From NCBI GenBank assembly GCA_964242035.1, contig CAXTCL010000001.1, positions 1 through 58,976 on the forward strand: 58,976 nucleotides of DNA, in the 5' to 3' direction. The translations under genes were made by a program, and so were the position numbers. Each line of letters starts with the position of its first letter. Position 1 is the stretch's first letter. The DNA comes from an uncultured Acetobacteraceae bacterium. Its GTDB lineage: Bacteria; Pseudomonadota; Alphaproteobacteria; Acetobacterales; Acetobacteraceae. The notes under the pieces are model-generated. The model searched no databases and was not told the origin of the DNA. It worked only from the letters and a program-made list of their open reading frames with translations. Shown here piece by piece: positions 20,022 through 29,510 of the stretch.

Positions 20022-22318
20022 AACGCGGAATCCAGCGTAAGCACAGCCGCAAACCCGGGCCCGATATAGTAAGTGGGCGAAGAGCCCGCAACGACGGCGC
20101 CACGAACACCACGCGCATCCTGCGCATTCGGTGTCACGGAGGCGACGCCGGAGAGGAACTTGGCGTCCGCGATATTTATCAGGTTCAGCCGCATCTCCGG
20201 CTTCCTGATGAACCCGACATCAGAAAAGCGGAGCCCAAGCGTGGCATCAGCCTGGCTATGGGACGGTATCTTCTCATCATCATTGAAGGTCGCGAACTGT
20301 GATCCGGTGTATTTCAGGGCGAAATTGCCAAAATACGTGCTGTCGTCATAGTCCAGCCCGACGGCGCCCTGAAAAGCCGGGCTGCGGACCGCGGTCTTGC
20401 CCGCAGTCGGCAGATAACCGCCGGCCACGGCAAAGTCGTTGTCGATCGTGGCATGCAGATACTCGGCGGAGACATAGGGCCGCCAATGTCTTACGGGCAG
20501 GAGACCAAGCTCGGCATCGACACCGCGGGAAGTCTGCCCACCCGCATTAATGCTGCTGCTGATAACCGTGTTGACCAGGGTGGACACCTGCCGGTTGGTG
20601 AAATTGTAGTTGAACCCAGTCAGTGATCCGTCGATCAGCCTGCCTTGGTAGCGTATGCCCAGCTCTTCCGAAATGGAGTATTCGTCGCGCTGGCCCGCCC
20701 CTTTCGTGAGCTGGTCATCAGAGACGTCATACGTGTTGTAGAGAACATACTCCGTGGGCGAGCGGAAGTTGGTTGAAACGCTCGCGTACACTTGGGTGGC
20801 GGGGGTGATCTGGTAGCGTATCGCTGCGCGCGGCAAAGGCTGCGCGCTGTTAAGACCCACGCGGTATTGCGGGCCAGGCAGGCTGTTCGTGCCGTCCCTG
20901 TTCACCATGGCGAACTTGAACCCCAGATCGAGGTGCAGCCGGCCACCAAGCAAAGTCAGCGTATCACCAACGAACAGCACGTTTGCCTGTTCGCGCGTAT
21001 GCGCCTCCTGGGCCGAGAGGCGGCGACCGTCCGGCAGCTTTATCGTGTCGGGGAAGCCTTGGATCGAGGCCGGCTCGCCATTTGCGCCGACAGGCGTGAA
21101 TGGCTGGGGGTCGTAATCGTCGGCATAATCATACCACCAGCCGCCGACGATCCGGTTCGCGCCAAGCGTGGCAATGAGCTCGCTGGTGACGCCCGCCCTG
21201 TACTGGTTGCCGATGTAATCGGCCAGGACAACCTTCTGGCCCTGGCTGTTAGCCGCACCAGGGATGTTCACCGGCTGGTTTATCGGTTGGGTGCCTAGAT
21301 ACAATCCCGTCGTCGGCAGTGTCGTGCCGTACGGCGAGTTGCCGTAGCCGTGCTCGGCATACGGCGTGGTTTCGAACGCCAGCGTATCCGTCAACGTCAG
21401 ATGCATGGGCAGGCTGGCCTGCTCGTCATGCCAGGTCTGCTGATAGAGCTTCCAGTAGTTCGTGTCGCCAGGCGAGAATACCGCGTCGTAATTGTACGAA
21501 CGTCCATACGCCTGGTACGCCCCAAGCGTCGGCATCGGGTAGGAGCTGAGTATCGCATCATGGTAGGAGCCGGCGAGTGCCACATGGTTGCCGTCGCCCC
21601 AGCCCTCGGTGAACTTGAAATCAATGTGCTGGCGGTGGTCGTCGCCGGGCCCGCGGTAATTATCCGCCGCCGTCTGGGAAAAGGAGACGAAGGCCAGCGC
21701 ATTCGTCCCGGCGATCGGCCCGCTGTCCAGCCGGACGAACGCACGGCCCTCGTGGTAGGACCCGAACGACCCGGACACAAAGCCGCCTGCGCTGTCCAGC
21801 GGATCGCGCAAATCGAGCGTGATCAACCCACCCCCGGCATTCACCGTCGGGCTGTCCAGATCCGCCGTCCCCTGCTGCAGCGTGACGGTCTTGATGTTCT
21901 CGCTATCCACCCACTGCGAGGGATACCCGGCATAATAGCCGACATCGTTCACCGGCGCGCCCTCCACCAGGTAGGCCACCTCGTCACTGTTTAAGCCACG
22001 CACGGCGATGTTCACGCTCGGCGACAACCCGTAAGGGTCGGACGTGGACACGTTCGCGCCCGGGGCCAATCGCAGCAGTTCGAACGCGTTGGACGTCGGC
22101 GCCTGCTTAGCGATGAAATCGACGCTGACTGTGCTGCGCGAAACCGCCGCATCCTGCTTCGAAATCAGCCCGCCACCTGGCTGTGTTCCAGTGACACCAG
22201 TGGCGGAATGCCCGCGCGCCGTCACAACGAGCTGCTCGACAGCCGGATCGGCGGCCGGCGCATCGGCGGCAAACGCCGGCCCGGCGGCGGCAAACATCAG
22301 CAGGAACGGCGCGCGCAT
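20018..22318 (-). CDS. TonB-dependent receptor, probably for thiamine or a precursor
   Basis: Signal peptide, TonB-box-like EQLVVTA, plug motif IAVRGL, C-terminal Phe; downstream of a TPP riboswitch; GGGAG RBS. Confidence 0.9.
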   Translation of the reverse strand: MRAPFLLMFAAAGPAFAADAPAADPAVEQLVVTARGHSATGVTGTQPGGGLISKQDAAVSRSTVSVDFIAKQAPTSNAFELLRLAPGANVSTSDPYGLSPSVNIAVRGLNSDEVAYLVEGAPVNDVGYYAGYPSQWVDSENIKTVTLQQGTADLDSPTVNAGGGLITLDLRDPLDSAGGFVSGSFGSYHEGRAFVRLDSGPIAGTNALAFVSFSQTAADNYRGPGDDHRQHIDFKFTEGWGDGNHVALAGSYHDAILSSYPMPTLGAYQAYGRSYNYDAVFSPGDTNYWKLYQQTWHDEQASLPMHLTLTDTLAFETTPYAEHGYGNSPYGTTLPTTGLYLGTQPINQPVNIPGAANSQGQKVVLADYIGNQYRAGVTSELIATLGANRIVGGWWYDYADDYDPQPFTPVGANGEPASIQGFPDTIKLPDGRRLSAQEAHTREQANVLFVGDTLTLLGGRLHLDLGFKFAMVNRDGTNSLPGPQYRVGLNSAQPLPRAAIRYQITPATQVYASVSTNFRSPTEYVLYNTYDVSDDQLTKGAGQRDEYSISEELGIRYQGRLIDGSLTGFNYNFTNRQVSTLVNTVISSSINAGGQTSRGVDAELGLLPVRHWRPYVSAEYLHATIDNDFAVAGGYLPTAGKTAVRSPAFQGAVGLDYDDSTYFGNFALKYTGSQFATFNDDEKIPSHSQADATLGLRFSDVGFIRKPEMRLNLINIADAKFLSGVASVTPNAQDARGVRGAVVAGSSPTYYIGPGFAAVLTLDSAF

Positions 22319-22322
22319 CAGG

Positions 22323-22347
22323 CATCTCCCGCACGGCAGAGGAGATG
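22323..22347 (-). promoter_or_regulatory. RBS-sequestering hairpin (riboswitch expression platform)
   Basis: CATCTCC...GGAGATG stem covers the GGGAG Shine-Dalgarno of the receptor. Confidence 0.6.
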
Positions 22348-22379
22348 ACACAGAGGGTTGCAGCGCAGCACACCCCTAC

Positions 22380-22513
22380 ACCATTCCCTACGCCGGCATT
22401 ATCCGGATCAGGTTCCCCGGTGCGGGCCTGGTTACAGGCCCGTCCCGGCAGGGTATCCGTGCTGCGCTCGCGCGCTAACGGTGTCTCAGCCCCTTGTCGG
22501 GGCACCCCTTGGT
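22380..22513 (-). ncRNA. TPP riboswitch (THI element) with extra hairpins
   Basis: Minus strand ACCAAGGGGTG..GGCTGAGA..ATACCC..GAACCTGATCCGGATAATGCCGGCGTAGGGAATGGT matches the TPP consensus. Confidence 0.92.
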
Positions 22514-22545
22514 TGGCCGCAGATTGTTTGCTGGACACGAAAAAA

Positions 22546-22681
22546 GCAAGTAGTCCTTTTGAAAAAAGGGACCCACGCATCTGCAGCAGCCTTGTGCCTG
22601 CGGACAAGACGATGCCGCTGAACCTGCGCAGGGACAAAAGTTTTTTGCTTCTTTTTTTCCAAAAAAGAAGGCCTTTCTTGC
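22546..22681. repeat. AT-armed palindromic repeat (left arm shortened)
   Basis: GCAAGTAGTCCTTTTGAAAAAAGGGAC ... CAAAAGTTTTTTGCTTCTTTTTTTCCAAAAAAGAAGGCC; abuts the kinase stop. Confidence 0.85.
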
Positions 22682-23824
22682 CTACGCAAAAGCCAGAACG
22701 CGTAGGAAATCCAAGCCCTCGCGCGACGCGAACCAGCGCGCGTGGCCAAGCAGGAAATCCGTATAAGCCGCCTCGGCGTTCGCTACAGACCGCGTCACGC
22801 CATGAAAATACCCAAGCTCGGACAGGGCAAAATCCACGTGCACGATTGGCAGCAGGTGACGCAGCGCCGCCCGCTCCGCCGGCGCACGCGGCCGCGCATC
22901 GTCATAGCCGCGCAGGATAGCGCGCGCGATCTCCGGACGCCCTTTGCCCGCGCCCGCGTCCAGCCAGGCGATCGCGTTACGCTCGATCGCGGTGGCAAGG
23001 TCGTACGCCGCGCTGGCGCGGTTGCACAGGCCAAAGTCCAGGACGGCTGAAACGCGCCCACCTTCCCACAACAGGTTGGAAGCGTGGAGATCGCCATGCA
23101 CCCAAAGCGGCCCGATTTCCGCCAGGCAAGGCAGCAAAGCCGCGTGCCACGGAGCCAGCACCTCGGTGACATCCGCCCGCCAGGGCCGCCTCCGCAGCGC
23201 ATCGCGCAACAGCTCATCCGCCTCCAGCCGTGCCTCCAGGCCGGCGAGAAGATCAGGCGCACGAAGCAGCGCGTCCCCCGCCACAAGCAGGAAGCTCCTG
23301 CGTGCAGGAGCCGCAAACCCCTCTGCCGCCACATGCAGCCGGCCAAGCGCGTAGCCAAGCGACGCCGCATCCTCGGCACTGCGCAGCGGCGTCCAGGAAT
23401 GCGCGTCGCGATATTTGTCCTGCCCCTCCGCCAGCGCATGCACCTCGTAGACGCCAGCCGGCCCGACCACCGCCGTCGCACCGTCCGCGTCAGCCGCCAG
23501 CACGGCCGGAACAGCCGCGCCTCCCCGCCGGAGATGCGCGATGAAGGCGTGCTCCTCGGCCAGGTCCGCCAGATCACGCACGCGCGGATCGTGCCGCTTG
23601 ACGAAGACGCAGGCGTCAGCACCTTGCACGATGGCGCTCGCGGCAAAGGGCCGCGCGCTGTGCCAGACAATTGCCTCCGCGCCGCCCACCGCGCGAAACC
23701 GCGCCAGAACCGGCGCGAGTTCCGCCAGCGTCAGCTTCGGCCAGTCCGGCGGCACCTCGTCGAGGCAGAGGCCGTGCGCCGTCTCACCGGCGGCATCCTC
23801 CTGCCCGCGCGCGGCGTGCGTCAC
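22682..23824 (-). CDS. APH/choline-kinase family phosphotransferase (candidate thiamine kinase)
   Basis: FVKRH, VHGDLHASNLLW, VLDFGL; GTGA coupling to the permease stop. Confidence 0.82.
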   Translation of the reverse strand: MTHAARGQEDAAGETAHGLCLDEVPPDWPKLTLAELAPVLARFRAVGGAEAIVWHSARPFAASAIVQGADACVFVKRHDPRVRDLADLAEEHAFIAHLRRGGAAVPAVLAADADGATAVVGPAGVYEVHALAEGQDKYRDAHSWTPLRSAEDAASLGYALGRLHVAAEGFAAPARRSFLLVAGDALLRAPDLLAGLEARLEADELLRDALRRRPWRADVTEVLAPWHAALLPCLAEIGPLWVHGDLHASNLLWEGGRVSAVLDFGLCNRASAAYDLATAIERNAIAWLDAGAGKGRPEIARAILRGYDDARPRAPAERAALRHLLPIVHVDFALSELGYFHGVTRSVANAEAAYTDFLLGHARWFASREGLDFLRVLAFA

Positions 23825-24549
23825 TCCGGCTGCCAGTAGAGCACCCGGCGCAACAGCCGGTCGGTCCCCCACCAGAGCCCGATCGTCATCGCCGACAGCA
23901 CGGCCAGCGCCGCGAACACCACATCCGTGCGCACCCGCGCGTTGGCGTTCAGCATCAGATAGCCCAGCCCGGACGACGCGCCGACCCACTCGCCGATGAC
24001 GGCCCCCACCGGCGCCCAGCACGCCGCCACGCGCAGGCCGGCGCCGAGCGACGGCAGGGCGGCGGGCACGCGCACGAAAAGCAGCGTGCGCCAGGCCGGC
24101 GCACCCATGCTGTCCGCCAGGTCCAGCCAGCCTTGCGGCACACGCCGCAGCCCGTCGTGGAAGGCGGACATCACCGGAAAAAAGATGACGATGCCGGCCA
24201 AGGCGGCCTTGCTGGCCAGGCCAAAGCCCAGCCACAGGACCAGGATGGGCGCCAGGGCGAACACCGGCACCGCCTGGCTCAGCAGCAGCAGCGGCAGCAG
24301 CCACCGCCGCAGGCCGGCGGAGAGCGTAATCAGCAAGGCGGAGCCGGCCCCCAGCACGATACCCAGGCCCAGCCCGGCCAGCGTCTCCACCCCCGTGGTG
24401 AGCGTGTCGGTCGCAAGCGTGGCGCGTTGCGTCCACAGCGCGCGCGCCACGGCCTGTGGCGCAGGAAGCAAGTAGGCGGGCACGTCGAAGCCGGCCTGGA
24501 TCGCCCACCACAGCGCCACCAGCCCTGCGGCCGTGACCAGCGGCCTCAT
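23821..24549 (-). CDS. thiX: ABC transporter permease, SsuC/ThiX type
   Basis: YLLPAP, QAVPVFALAPILVLWLGFG, GAVIGEWVGASSGLGYLM. Confidence 0.85.
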   Translation of the reverse strand: MRPLVTAAGLVALWWAIQAGFDVPAYLLPAPQAVARALWTQRATLATDTLTTGVETLAGLGLGIVLGAGSALLITLSAGLRRWLLPLLLLSQAVPVFALAPILVLWLGFGLASKAALAGIVIFFPVMSAFHDGLRRVPQGWLDLADSMGAPAWRTLLFVRVPAALPSLGAGLRVAACWAPVGAVIGEWVGASSGLGYLMLNANARVRTDVVFAALAVLSAMTIGLWWGTDRLLRRVLYWQPE

Positions 24550-25268
24550 GCCGCCTCGCCCAGCAAGGCACGCAGCAATTCGCCCTGGATCTGCAGTACA
24601 CCCGGGTCGTCCACCTGACGCGGCGCGGCGCCAGCCAGCACCACAGGGGCGGAGAGCGTGGCCGGGAAGCCGGACATGATGTGTATCCTGTTGGCCAGGC
24701 GGCAGGCCTCCAGCGGATCATGCGTGATCAGCAGCACGGTCCGCCCGCGCAGCAACCCCGCCGCCAGCGTCTGCATGCGGGCGCGGCTGAGCTGGTCCAG
24801 CGCGGAAAACGGCTCGTCCATGAGCACGACAGGGCGATCCTCATAGAGCGTGCGGGCAAGCGCCACGCGCTGGCGCATGCCGCCCGAAAGCGTGGCGGGC
24901 AGAGCGCCCGCCTCGCCGGCAAGCCCTACGGCCTGCAGCAGCGCCGCCGCCCTCGCGCGGTCCGCGCGAACGCCGCGCAGCGTGGCGCCCAACATGACGT
25001 TGGCCAGGGCCGACCGCCACGGCAGCAGCAGATCCTCCTGGCCCATATAGGCGACCTGGCCGGCAAGGCCCGCCCCCGCCTCGGTCGTGATCCGGCCGGC
25101 CGCCGGAATGAACCCGGCAAGCACACGCAGAAGGCTGGTCTTGCCGACACCGCTGGCGCCAAGCAAGGCGGTGAGTTCGCCGCCGGGAAGGCGCATACAG
25201 AAATCGTCGAACAACAAACCCTGACCGAAGCGCAGGGACAGATTGTCGATACGTATGGCAGGGCCCAT
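24546..25268 (-). CDS. thiZ: ABC transporter ATPase, SsuB/ThiZ type
   Basis: [37 protein letters not shown]. Confidence 0.85.
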   Translation of the reverse strand: MGPAIRIDNLSLRFGQGLLFDDFCMRLPGGELTALLGASGVGKTSLLRVLAGFIPAAGRITTEAGAGLAGQVAYMGQEDLLLPWRSALANVMLGATLRGVRADRARAAALLQAVGLAGEAGALPATLSGGMRQRVALARTLYEDRPVVLMDEPFSALDQLSRARMQTLAAGLLRGRTVLLITHDPLEACRLANRIHIMSGFPATLSAPVVLAGAAPRQVDDPGVLQIQGELLRALLGEAA

Positions 25269-25433
25269 GCACCGGGTTTCGGACGCGCGGGTGCTTCTGG
25301 CAAGCCGGCGGTGCACAGCGTTCCGGCCGGCCCTTGTCAGGCAACATAGCGCCCCGACCTACGTTGCAGGACGATCGGGCCTTATGGCAGGCTCGCCCAG
25401 GGCCAGCTCAGAGGCCAAACAGGAGGAGACACC

Positions 25434-25700
25434 ATGCGCGATACCGATAATGCCTCACGCCGCGGCGTGCTACGTACGGGCCTGGCCATTCTCGCCGGCG
25501 GTGTGCTGGCGACCGCAGCCCGGGCCCAGGATGCCGATAGCAAGGTCGAGCAAAGCGTTGTCCAGTACCAGAATGCGCCCAAGGACGGTCAGAAGTGCAG
25601 CGGCTGCGCCAACTTCGTCGCTCCAAACGCCTGTAAGGTGGTTAGCGGCACGATCAGTCCCGAGGGCTGGTGCGTGGCGTATGCTCCTAAAGGATCGTAG
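25434..25700 (+). CDS. High-potential iron-sulfur protein (HiPIP) with Tat signal
   Basis: SRRGVL twin-arginine motif; YQ..CSGCANF..CKVVSGTISPEGWC four-Cys HiPIP pattern; AGGAGG RBS. Confidence 0.9.
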   Translation: MRDTDNASRRGVLRTGLAILAGGVLATAARAQDADSKVEQSVVQYQNAPKDGQKCSGCANFVAPNACKVVSGTISPEGWCVAYAPKGS

Positions 25701-25716
25701 GAGGTAAGGAGTTAAA

Positions 25717-25742
25717 TAGTCCTTTGTTGAAAAAAAGGACTA
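25717..25742. repeat. Solo arm hairpin of the repeat family
   Basis: TAGTCCTTTGTTGAAAAAAAGGACTA. Confidence 0.6.
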
Positions 25743-25766
25743 GAAAGATGTTGTCCTGACGGTGTT

Positions 25767-25798
25767 AAAACCGGGTGTCTTATCAGGCACCCAGTTTT
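25767..25798. terminator. Probable bidirectional intrinsic terminator between HiPIP and pufC
   Basis: AAAACCGGGTGTCT-TATC-AGGCACCCAGTTTT between convergent genes. Confidence 0.55.
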
Positions 25799-25814
25799 AG
25801 TTTATGGCTACAGC

Positions 25815-27032
25815 TTAGGTGTGCGGGGGTGTAGCCGGCGCCGGCGATCCCGGCTGCACCTGCGGCACCGCCGGCTGCACTAGGGGAGCCGCGGGTGCTT
25901 CCGCGGGTGTCGGTGCCGTTGATGGCGTAGCAGACGCGAGCACTGCCGTCTGCGTCGTCCTCAGCTCCGGAAACGTCTGCACCATGCTGACGCCGTAAAG
26001 CGGCTTGAAAAGCCCCTGGTGGCAGGTGGTGCAGTTCACCTTCGGGTTGTCGCCCAACTCGCCCTTCCGGTAGGCCGGAAACACGTCGTGCAGCGAGTTC
26101 ATGTAGTTGTTGTTGACGTCACGCACCATCCTGATGCCGTACCAGGCGTTAACACGCGCCGGCGAACTTCTCGACCAGTCGCCGAACGACTCCGTGTTAT
26201 GGCAATACGTGCAGTTCACCCCCAGCGCCTGTCCGAAATGGATCATCAGCGCGTAGGTGCCCTCCGCCTGCTTTATCGAGGACAGGTTGCCTGTCGGCAA
26301 CGCCGTCGTCCCCTGCACGCGTATGTCGGACGCCTGTTCCAGATACGGCGTGAACGGGTCATAGGGCAGCGAACTGTCGTTCACCACACCGGACGGGTGC
26401 GCCATCGCCGTCTGCGTCTCTGCGACACCCCTCGCCGCCACCTGGCCCGGGCTGTTGAACCAGATGTTCTTCGGCACCGGATTGCCGCCATGGCAGGTGT
26501 AGCAGGTGACACCCACGTTCTGCACGTGGCTCTGCCAGTTCTGGTTGATGTTCTGCGTCATCTGGATCATGCGGCGGGCGACCACCTTCGTGTACAGCCC
26601 GTCCCACGCCATGTTCGCCACGTTGTGGCAGTACGCGCAGCCCTGCTTCGGCGCCACCCAGTTGGTCAGGCTCACCATAAGACGGGTGAACTGACCCACG
26701 CTGAGGTTTTTCAGAACCTGCACGTTCTTGTAGGCGACGGCAGCCTTGATGCCGTCCGGGCTCGCAGGTGGCAGGCTCTTCGGTATCTTCAGCTGCGAAG
26801 CCAAAGCGTCGATCGTACGCGGATTGTAGATCTGGTCCATCGCAGTTCCGCGGAAGCCGCGCTGGACGCCCACAACCGGCGGACGGTCCATCCCACGCAA
26901 CGCGGATATGCCAAGCAACGTACCGCCGGTGATCCCGATCAGCGCCACGGCGTAGAGAATTCCCTTCTCCATGCCGATCTTGTCGGAAACGATCTTGGCG
27001 TTGTCGCCTTCCCCTTCGATCTTGTCGGTCAT
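25815..27032 (-). CDS. pufC: Reaction-centre-bound tetraheme cytochrome c subunit
   Basis: Four CxxCH motifs (CAYCH, CYTCH, CTYCH, CTTCH), [22 protein letters not shown]; ATGA overlap with pufM. Confidence 0.95.
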   Translation of the reverse strand: MTDKIEGEGDNAKIVSDKIGMEKGILYAVALIGITGGTLLGISALRGMDRPPVVGVQRGFRGTAMDQIYNPRTIDALASQLKIPKSLPPASPDGIKAAVAYKNVQVLKNLSVGQFTRLMVSLTNWVAPKQGCAYCHNVANMAWDGLYTKVVARRMIQMTQNINQNWQSHVQNVGVTCYTCHGGNPVPKNIWFNSPGQVAARGVAETQTAMAHPSGVVNDSSLPYDPFTPYLEQASDIRVQGTTALPTGNLSSIKQAEGTYALMIHFGQALGVNCTYCHNTESFGDWSRSSPARVNAWYGIRMVRDVNNNYMNSLHDVFPAYRKGELGDNPKVNCTTCHQGLFKPLYGVSMVQTFPELRTTQTAVLASATPSTAPTPAEAPAAPLVQPAVPQVQPGSPAPATPPHT

Positions 27033-28009
27033 TTTGGTGCTCCAGGAAGGGTCGCCGGATCGACGACAGTGCCCCAGGTAGCCGGATAATCCGGCACCAG
27101 GCCGTGATGTTGTCCCCAGATATACCAGTTATCCACGACCGTGCCAGTCAGCAGGATGCCGATACCGCCGGTCAGCGGACACAACACGGCGAACCACCAG
27201 GCCCAGCGATGTATGCTCTCCGCCGTGGCGCAAAACCCCATCGTCCAGCGCCAGAATAGCCCGCCGCGCTCGAAAGCCGTGCCGCGATCGGCGATCTGCT
27301 CGAGCTCGCGTTCCGCACCGTAGCGACTGGTGGCGAGCACCGTGGCGCCGTGCATGGCGAACAGAAGCGTGGAGCCATAGAGGAACACGATCGAGAGCAT
27401 GTGGAACGGGTTGTAGAACAGGTTGCCGTAGCGCAGGGAGAACGCGGCCGTCCAGTCCAGATGCGGGAAGATGCCGAACGGCACCGCCTCCGCCCAGGAG
27501 CCCATCAGCAACGGCCGAATGAAACCGAGCACCAGATACAGCCAGATTGCGGCAGCGAACGCCCATGCCGTGTGGCTGCCCAGACCCAGCGCCCTGGCGC
27601 GCAGATAGATGCGCGTCCACCACAGCATGATGGACAATGTTAGGAAGAAGCCCGCCATCAGCCACCAGCCGCCTTCGGCGAGCGGCGGAATGCGCAGCCC
27701 ATAGGCAGGTGCCGGTGGCTCCAGTGCCAGCCAGGGAAGTTGGCGGAGGAACTGCACGGGGTCCCAGTTCACCGACGCCCACATGTTCAGCCCGATGATC
27801 TCGAAGGCGATGAAGCCGCAGATCAGCGCGGCCAGGCCGCTCACGCCCAGATAGATGGGACCGACCTGTGCATCACCCAACCGTCCGAACAGGTGGCTGA
27901 ACATCGGCGCCTTGCTGCGCGAAAAGGCGGTATGCGCCTCCATCGGCGTGCCGGCATAGAGAGGGCCGCGTACTTGTAGCCTCGTGAAGATGTTTTGGTA
28001 CTCTGCCAT
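27029..28009 (-). CDS. pufM: Photosynthetic reaction centre M subunit
   Basis: [55 protein letters not shown]. Confidence 0.97.
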   Translation of the reverse strand: MAEYQNIFTRLQVRGPLYAGTPMEAHTAFSRSKAPMFSHLFGRLGDAQVGPIYLGVSGLAALICGFIAFEIIGLNMWASVNWDPVQFLRQLPWLALEPPAPAYGLRIPPLAEGGWWLMAGFFLTLSIMLWWTRIYLRARALGLGSHTAWAFAAAIWLYLVLGFIRPLLMGSWAEAVPFGIFPHLDWTAAFSLRYGNLFYNPFHMLSIVFLYGSTLLFAMHGATVLATSRYGAERELEQIADRGTAFERGGLFWRWTMGFCATAESIHRWAWWFAVLCPLTGGIGILLTGTVVDNWYIWGQHHGLVPDYPATWGTVVDPATLPGAPK

Positions 28010-28045
28010 GATCGCGCGTCCCTTGTTCTTATTTTACAAGGCTTG

Positions 28046-28135
28046 GGAAGGAAGGCCTTCTTTTCTGAAGAAAAGAAGCAAAAGACTTTTGGTCCCTGTC
28101 GGCGCTTTGTCCTGCCGCAGCCAACAGGGAGCCAA
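28046..28135. repeat. Partial repeat (one arm plus type I core) between pufL and pufM
   Basis: GGAAGGAAGGCCTTCTTTTCTGAAGAAAAGAAGCAAAAGACTTTTGGTCCCTGTCGGC..GCCAACAGGGA. Confidence 0.85.
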
Positions 28136-28960
28136 TTACTTCCAGATCGGCAGGTTCAACCACCAGCCCCACCAGGCGGGCCAGCCACCTGTCCAGAACG
28201 GACCGCTGATGATGATGCAGATCGCACTCCAGAAGCCCGCCGACAGCGCCAGGAACAATCCCAGACGGTGTATGCCGAGCGTGCCGATCGAATAGCCGAT
28301 GATGTCACGGAAAAACGTGTTCTCATGCTCGGCCGTCTTCATCGCCTCGCCCTTGGCCGGGTTCGCCGCGGACAGCACCAGGGAGCCGTGCAGGGAGAGT
28401 GCGAGCGTGGTCGTGAAGAAGAACGACACCGCGAGCATGTGCGCCGGGTTATAATGGAAGTGCAGATACTGGTAGCCGGTGTTCGACACCCAGTCGAGAT
28501 GCGAGAGTATGCCGTAGGGGAACGCATATCCCCAGGATCCCATCAGCACAGGACGTATCACCTCGAGTGCCACATACGCGAAGATCGCCACGCTAAAGGC
28601 AAACGGCACATGGTAACCCATGCCGAGCTTGCGCGAGATCTCCACCTGGCGCAGCGCCCAGGAACAGAACGCACCGATGGCGCAGATGGTGATCGCCTGC
28701 CAGAGGCCGCCTTCCTTGATTGGCGCAAACCCCAGGCCGTAGCTGAGGTCGGGCGGCGGGATGTTGATGCGCCAGACGTTCCAGGTATGGCCCAGAGAGG
28801 CGCCGTACAGGATCAGCAGCGTGCCCAATAGGGAGAAGAACACCGTGGTGACACCGAAGAAGCCGACATAGAACGGCCCCCACCAGAAGTCGAAGAGGTC
28901 TCCGCCGACAAGTGTACCGCCACGTACGCGGTACTTTCCCTCAAAACTTAGCATCGCCAT
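28136..28960 (-). CDS. pufL: Photosynthetic reaction centre L subunit
   Basis: [44 protein letters not shown]. Confidence 0.97.
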   Translation of the reverse strand: MAMLSFEGKYRVRGGTLVGGDLFDFWWGPFYVGFFGVTTVFFSLLGTLLILYGASLGHTWNVWRINIPPPDLSYGLGFAPIKEGGLWQAITICAIGAFCSWALRQVEISRKLGMGYHVPFAFSVAIFAYVALEVIRPVLMGSWGYAFPYGILSHLDWVSNTGYQYLHFHYNPAHMLAVSFFFTTTLALSLHGSLVLSAANPAKGEAMKTAEHENTFFRDIIGYSIGTLGIHRLGLFLALSAGFWSAICIIISGPFWTGGWPAWWGWWLNLPIWK

Positions 28961-29032
28961 AGCTAGACGCTCCTCAACCAAACGCTACGCCTGCATGCCA
29001 TCCAGTCTGTCCCAGTCTGGAGCACGCTTGTC

Positions 29033-29066
29033 TGGCGGCGAACGGATAACGCTCCGTCCGCCGCCA
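29033..29066 (-). promoter_or_regulatory. pufA-pufL intercistronic stem-loop (mRNA decay barrier or attenuator)
   Basis: TGGCGGCGGACGGA-GCGTTA-TCCGTTCGCCGCCA on the minus strand just after the pufA stop; analogous hairpin known in purple bacterial puf mRNA. Confidence 0.65.
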
Positions 29067-29075
29067 TGAAGCAGC

Positions 29076-29261
29076 CTATTTCGTACCAGACGGCAACGGC
29101 GCCAGCTGCTGGGCGATCGCGCCGTGATGCGGGCCTTCCAGCCAGTTGAAACGGTCCGTGCTGAGCAGGATAAAGTGGATCAGCAATGCGAGCACGAACA
29201 GGAAGATCGACAGCGCCACCAATACGCGGCGCGGGTCGAAAAGCAGCCAAACGCGGAACAT
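29076..29261 (-). CDS. pufA: LH1 alpha subunit
   Basis: [33 protein letters not shown]. Confidence 0.95.
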   Translation of the reverse strand: MFRVWLLFDPRRVLVALSIFLFVLALLIHFILLSTDRFNWLEGPHHGAIAQQLAPLPSGTK

Positions 29262-29276
29262 ATCTGTCCTCCCCCT

Positions 29277-29510
29277 CTAGGTGAACATCGAGGTCACGGC
29301 GTGCACCGCGTGGTGCGCACCATCAAGCATCGATGTCTGATAGCCGTTCGGCCCAGGCAGCCAGGGGCGCCACATCCAAACCAGGATATGGGCGACTACG
29401 GCCACAACCACGAAACCGATGAAGCTCTGCAGGAATATTGCGTGGAACTCCTTGGCCTCGGTCTCCGTCAGCCCTGAAGCCGCAACGGGCCGTCGCGTGA
29501 CGTCCGACAT
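29277..29510 (-). CDS. pufB: LH1 beta subunit
   Basis: [28 protein letters not shown]. Confidence 0.95.
   Translation of the reverse strand: MSDVTRRPVAASGLTETEAKEFHAIFLQSFIGFVVVAVVAHILVWMWRPWLPGPNGYQTSMLDGAHHAVHAVTSMFT

Noticed and set aside
22682-24721. 679-aa ORF as a permease-kinase fusion
   Set aside because: The upstream part is an alternative frame over the permease; the kinase starts at the GTGA overlap at 23824.
28440-28470. Acidiphilium-type Zn-bacteriochlorophyll signature (Glu at L168)
   Set aside because: PufL reads FHYNPAH, so His L168 is retained.
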